From an uncultured Nitrospiraceae bacterium (lineage in GTDB: Bacteria > Nitrospirota > Thermodesulfovibrionia > Thermodesulfovibrionales > Dissulfurispiraceae): a stretch of DNA of 64,000 bases. The notes under the pieces are model-generated. The model had not been told where the DNA came from. It was given only the letters and a program-made list of their open reading frames with translations, and made no database searches. The stretch's first letter is position 1. Every line of letters starts with the position of its first letter. Location: the NCBI GenBank assembly GCA_963727805.1, contig CAVSHF010000003.1:2112001-2176000 (forward strand). Direction: 5' to 3'. Below, piece after piece: positions 60,084 through 64,000 of this stretch. A program made the translations under genes and the position numbers.

Positions 60084-61400
60084 ATGAATAACACCTCCCC
60101 TATTACCATCCATTCTTGGCCCCGTGCAATCCTCCATCTGGACGCGGATGCTTTTTTTGCGTCCTGCGAGCAGGCGATCCATCCCGAGTTAAAAGGCAAG
60201 CCGGTAATCACCGGTAAGGAGCGCGGGATTGTCGCCGCCGCCAGCTATGAGGCAAAGGCGCGTGGAGTGAAGCGTGGGGTAAGGCTTTCGGATGTGACGA
60301 AGTTATGCCCTGATGCGATCATCTTACCGTCCGATTACGAAACCTACAGCCTTTTTGCACTGCGGATGTTCGGTATTATCAGACGTTTCACGCCTGATGT
60401 GGAGGAGTATTCCATCGACGAGGCCTTTGCCGATCTTACAGGTCTGCGGAGGAACTTCCACGGCCCTTACAGCCTGATCGCCCGGACAATGCAGGAGACG
60501 GTCGAGAGAGAGTTGGGCATTACCGTCTCCATCGGTGTAAGCCTCTCCAAAGTGCTTGCTAAGGTGGGATCGAAACACAATAAACCGTGCGGCATTACGA
60601 TGATGCCAGGCAGAGAAATCCACCACTATCTAGAGAATTTGCCTATCGAAAGCGTCTGGGGCATAGGTCCGAATACAGCGGCATTCATGAGAAAGTTCGG
60701 CATAAATACCGCCCTCGACTTTGCGCGCAAGAGCGAAGAGTTTGTCACAAAACGCCTTTCTAAGCCGTATCAGGAGGTCTGGCATGAACTGAACGGCAGG
60801 AGCGTCTATCCCGTCACCACCGAATCGAAAAGCAGCTACCAATCAATAAGCAAGACGAGAACCTTCACCCCTCCATCGAAAGATGAAACCTTCGTCTTTG
60901 CGCAGCTCTCCAAAAACCTCGAAAACGCCTGTATCAAAACCCGCCGCTACGGCCTCGCCGCCACAAGATTGATCGTCTTCCTGAGAAAACAGGACTTCAC
61001 CGACAGCGGGGTCGAATTGAAGCTGACATGCCCTACCGCCCATCCTTCAGCCCTCTTCATCCTCTTGCGTAAGGGATTCGACACCCTCTATCGACCCGAC
61101 ACCCTCTATCGCCAGACAGGCGTCGTGCTTGCGGGGCTCATTGCCGAGACCGCAGTCCAGTACACACTCTTCGATGACACCGCACGGATCGAGAAGATGT
61201 CGAAGGTTTACGAAGCCGTAGACATGCTCTCCGAAAAGTTCGGTAAATATACAGTCCGCCACGCAGTGAGTCTGCCGACAAAAATTCAATCTCAACATGA
61301 GGGAGAGCGCGGAGATGTCCCACAACGCAAACAGGAACTCTTCAAAGGCGAAAACAACAGGCAGAGGCTGGGGTTACCGGTGCTGGATGTCAAGGTGTAA
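60084..61400 (+). CDS. dinB: Y-family DNA polymerase (DinB/Pol IV-like)
   Basis: HLDADAFFASCE, ASYEAK..GV, SIDEAF, VWGIG; ATG 60084. Confidence 0.92.
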   Translation: MNNTSPITIHSWPRAILHLDADAFFASCEQAIHPELKGKPVITGKERGIVAAASYEAKARGVKRGVRLSDVTKLCPDAIILPSDYETYSLFALRMFGIIRRFTPDVEEYSIDEAFADLTGLRRNFHGPYSLIARTMQETVERELGITVSIGVSLSKVLAKVGSKHNKPCGITMMPGREIHHYLENLPIESVWGIGPNTAAFMRKFGINTALDFARKSEEFVTKRLSKPYQEVWHELNGRSVYPVTTESKSSYQSISKTRTFTPPSKDETFVFAQLSKNLENACIKTRRYGLAATRLIVFLRKQDFTDSGVELKLTCPTAHPSALFILLRKGFDTLYRPDTLYRQTGVVLAGLIAETAVQYTLFDDTARIEKMSKVYEAVDMLSEKFGKYTVRHAVSLPTKIQSQHEGERGDVPQRKQELFKGENNRQRLGLPVLDVKV

Positions 61401-61403
61401 AAA

Positions 61404-62567
61404 TTACAGAAACTCGGTCAAAGAACGCACCTTCTTCACTACCTTCGGGAGCACTTCAAGAGTGTAAGTGATATCTTCCGCAGTCACGTATCTGCCCAAG
61501 GTAAGCCGAAGCGATCCCGATATAAGATCGGACGATAATCCAATAGCAGAGAGTACATGGGATGGCCCAGTACTCTCTGCGCTGCAGGCCGATCCTGTCG
61601 AACACGCGATCCCTTCCTCGTCCATATGTCGGAGGAGCAATTCCCCCTCTGTATTCTTGAACGAGAAGTTCACATTGCCCGGGAGCCTCACCGTCGGATG
61701 TCCGTTCAATCGGGAACCCTTTACATTGTCAGCGATCCCCTTGATCAATGTATCTCTAAGCGTCGTAAGGGTTCTCATCTCCTCCTCCATCCGTTTTTCA
61801 GCCAACTCTAAGGCCTTGCCAAGGCCGACGATACCAGGGACATTGTGGGTAGAGGCCCTTCTGCCCCTTTCCTGGGAGCCGCCGTGCATGAAGGGACTAA
61901 ACCTCGTGCCGCTTCGGATATAGAGAAACCCGGCCCCCTTGGGGCCATAGAACTTGTGTGCTGATGCGCTCAAAAGATCTATATTCAAAGCGTCAGCACC
62001 AAGAGGGATGTGGCCAATGGTCTGGACCGCGTCTGTATGAAAGGTGATACCTCTTTCCCGGGCAATCTTTCCTATCTCGGCTATCGGTTGTATCGTGCCT
62101 ATCTCGTTGTTCGCATGCATGATCGATATGAGGATGGTCTTGGGTGTAATCGCTTGCAGGACGGCTTCGGGATCGACCATTCCGGCTGTATCGACTGGAA
62201 GATAAGTGACAGTGAACCCGTTCATTTCCAGGAACTCGCAGGATTCGAGAACTGAGTGATGTTCAATCGAAGACGTGATGATGTGGTCTCCCCTACTACG
62301 ATTGGCAGAGGTGACACCTTTCAGTGCAGCATTATTGCTCTCCGTGCCACCCCCGGTAAAAACAATATCACGCGGCTTCACGCCCAGTGACCGGGCGATT
62401 GCTGCGCGGGCATCTTCAATAACCGTTTTCGCCTCCCTGCCAAATGAATGGACGCTTGAAGGATTGCCGAAGACTTCACTGAAAAACGGCTGCATCGCAT
62501 TTACGATTTGAGGATCAGTAGGGGTTGTCGAGGCGTAATCAAGATAGATTTTTTTCATGGAAAGCAT
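61404..62567 (-). CDS. Cysteine desulfurase (IscS/NifS family)
   Basis: YLDYASTTP, GNPSS.H, NNEIGTIQP, HTDAVQ, SAHKFYGPKG, STGSAC. Confidence 0.95.
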   Translation of the reverse strand: MLSMKKIYLDYASTTPTDPQIVNAMQPFFSEVFGNPSSVHSFGREAKTVIEDARAAIARSLGVKPRDIVFTGGGTESNNAALKGVTSANRSRGDHIITSSIEHHSVLESCEFLEMNGFTVTYLPVDTAGMVDPEAVLQAITPKTILISIMHANNEIGTIQPIAEIGKIARERGITFHTDAVQTIGHIPLGADALNIDLLSASAHKFYGPKGAGFLYIRSGTRFSPFMHGGSQERGRRASTHNVPGIVGLGKALELAEKRMEEEMRTLTTLRDTLIKGIADNVKGSRLNGHPTVRLPGNVNFSFKNTEGELLLRHMDEEGIACSTGSACSAESTGPSHVLSAIGLSSDLISGSLRLTLGRYVTAEDITYTLEVLPKVVKKVRSLTEFL

Positions 62568-62599
62568 ACCTCGAATATTGTAAGCTATGTTAAGTTCAT

Positions 62600-63814
62600 A
62601 TGGCTACTATTTTAAGAATCATACTTTATGGCATGCTTGCGATGCTAATCGGCGTAAATCTTTATCTCTTTCTCAATAAGGATAAAGACGGGACCCCAAA
62701 AAGTATCCAGCCGGTTGTTGAAAATGCCGATTCATTGAATACTCCGGCATCACCTGCTATATCCTTTCCCCCGGCGCCCGTGCCGACGCCAGCGGCGCGG
62801 GAGATCATCAGGGCCGTCGACGACAGTTCATCTCTTGCCAGGAGCGCAAAAGAGAGCTTCGAAAAGGGAGATTATAAGACAGCCGCCAATCTCTGTAAAC
62901 AGCTTGCCGAGAAGGATAAACAAGCATTCCTCTGCGTCGGCCTCGCTTATTTCAAGATGGCAGACTATAAGAACGCGATAGCTTTTCTCGAACAATCCCT
63001 CGAAAGCGGCGGCGATGAATACACCTCCCGCAAATATCTTGCTTTCTCCTACTACTACCTCGACAACTTCGAGAAAAGCCTGTCCAATGCAGAAAAAAGC
63101 CGCGGAAGCATAAAAGACGCAGAACTCGAAGCATTTTACAACAGACTTATAAAGGAGAAGCGAGCGCAACGCAATTTCGTCAACGAAAGCACTAACCACT
63201 TCAGAGTCCAGTATGATGGGTATGAGCACGGAGGCATCAGCAGAAAGGTGATCGGATTGCTTGAAGATGCTTACTCGTCGATAGGTAGCGATCTCAACTA
63301 TTATCCTTCTGAACCAATAACGGTAATCCTATATACAACGCACGATTTTTATGATATAACCCAGATGCCGGGCTGGTCAGGCGGACTGTTTGACACTAAG
63401 GACGGCAAGATTAGGATTCCGATCAAGGGCGCAGAAGGGAAAGAAGACCTCCTTAGGACCGTCCTGTTCCATGAGTACGTGCACGCACTTATCCATTCGA
63501 TCACAAAGAGTTGCCCGCTCTGGATTCATGAAGGCCTCGCCGAATATTTTTCCAAGGGACCATCGCAAAGGGTCGGTCAGGTCATTCCACTAACCTATCT
63601 GGAGAGTTCCTTTTCTGGAATAACCGGCAGAGGGATATTGTTGGCTTATGCAGAAAGCCATTCGGCGGTTTCCTATCTCATGGACCGATATCGGTCCAAC
63701 AGGATGAAGGACATGCTTTTTGCGCTGTCAAAAGGCAACGATCTCAACAAGGCGTTCACCGATTGCTTTCAGATGAGTTATACTGAATTCATCGAAAAAT
63801 GGGGGAAGAAATAA
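62600..63814 (+). CDS. Membrane-anchored TPR protein with peptidase MA-like domain
   Basis: N-terminal TM, Pro-rich linker, TPR repeats, HEYVH...P.W..EGLAEY. Confidence 0.85.
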   Translation: MATILRIILYGMLAMLIGVNLYLFLNKDKDGTPKSIQPVVENADSLNTPASPAISFPPAPVPTPAAREIIRAVDDSSSLARSAKESFEKGDYKTAANLCKQLAEKDKQAFLCVGLAYFKMADYKNAIAFLEQSLESGGDEYTSRKYLAFSYYYLDNFEKSLSNAEKSRGSIKDAELEAFYNRLIKEKRAQRNFVNESTNHFRVQYDGYEHGGISRKVIGLLEDAYSSIGSDLNYYPSEPITVILYTTHDFYDITQMPGWSGGLFDTKDGKIRIPIKGAEGKEDLLRTVLFHEYVHALIHSITKSCPLWIHEGLAEYFSKGPSQRVGQVIPLTYLESSFSGITGRGILLAYAESHSAVSYLMDRYRSNRMKDMLFALSKGNDLNKAFTDCFQMSYTEFIEKWGKK

Positions 63815-63824
63815 GGATCGGTCA

Positions 63825-64000
63825 ATGTTAAGAAAACCTCTTTTGCTGAAGATATTTGACGCCGCCAACATGCAGCGTTGGAACGACAAGATAAGGCCGG
63901 TTGAGCTGCGTGAACTGGACAAGCAAGCTCACAAGATGGTCATTGCCTATTTTATCGGTAAATTCCAAGAGAATGAGGAAGACTTCGACTGGATTGCAAT
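63825..64000 (+). CDS. HD-domain protein (YfbR-like), 5' part, truncated by window edge
   Basis: Own translation MLRKPLLLKIFDAANMQRWNDKIRPVELRELDKQAHKMVIAY. Confidence 0.7.
   Translation, partial: MLRKPLLLKIFDAANMQRWNDKIRPVELRELDKQAHKMVIAYFIGKFQENEEDFDWIA

Overview
Bacterial chromosomal window from a diderm anaerobe. The gene content resembles Nitrospirota or Desulfobacterota, which is an inference only. 0.4-17 kb is a potassium-homeostasis island: PII, a KimA-like permease, a stand-alone KimA cytosolic domain with a micro-TM peptide, an NhaP-type antiporter, a TorF-like porin and kdpFABC-X-kdpDE. Four of its promoters share a tandem KdpE-type box. 17.5-24 kb is a mosaic AraC-controlled aldehyde/redox detoxification cluster. 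24-29 kb holds IS110 and integrase remnants and an intact IS4 with a 9-bp TSD inserted into a palindrome. 29-51 kb holds a PAS-GGDEF protein, two Cys-rich small proteins, a DUF294/exonuclease pair, tungstate ABC genes with a divergent LysR, an arsS operon led by a 12-heme cytochrome, and an NrfD/4Fe-4S/tetraheme module lying between xseA and xseB, followed by hslO. At 51.7-53.9 kb an IS607 element (frameshifted tnpA, intact atypical TnpB) interrupts a CHRD gene at a GG dinucleotide, so its ends, putative TAM and guide can be read from the sequence. 54.5-64 kb holds a c-di-AMP riboswitch-kup unit, a DEAD-box helicase with a leader terminator, a leaderless LexA/UmuD-like-dinB cassette with a GAAC-N4-GTTC operator, a cysteine desulfurase and a TPR-metallopeptidase. 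Many genes carry single lesions. All family assignments come from motif recognition by eye; no searches were run.
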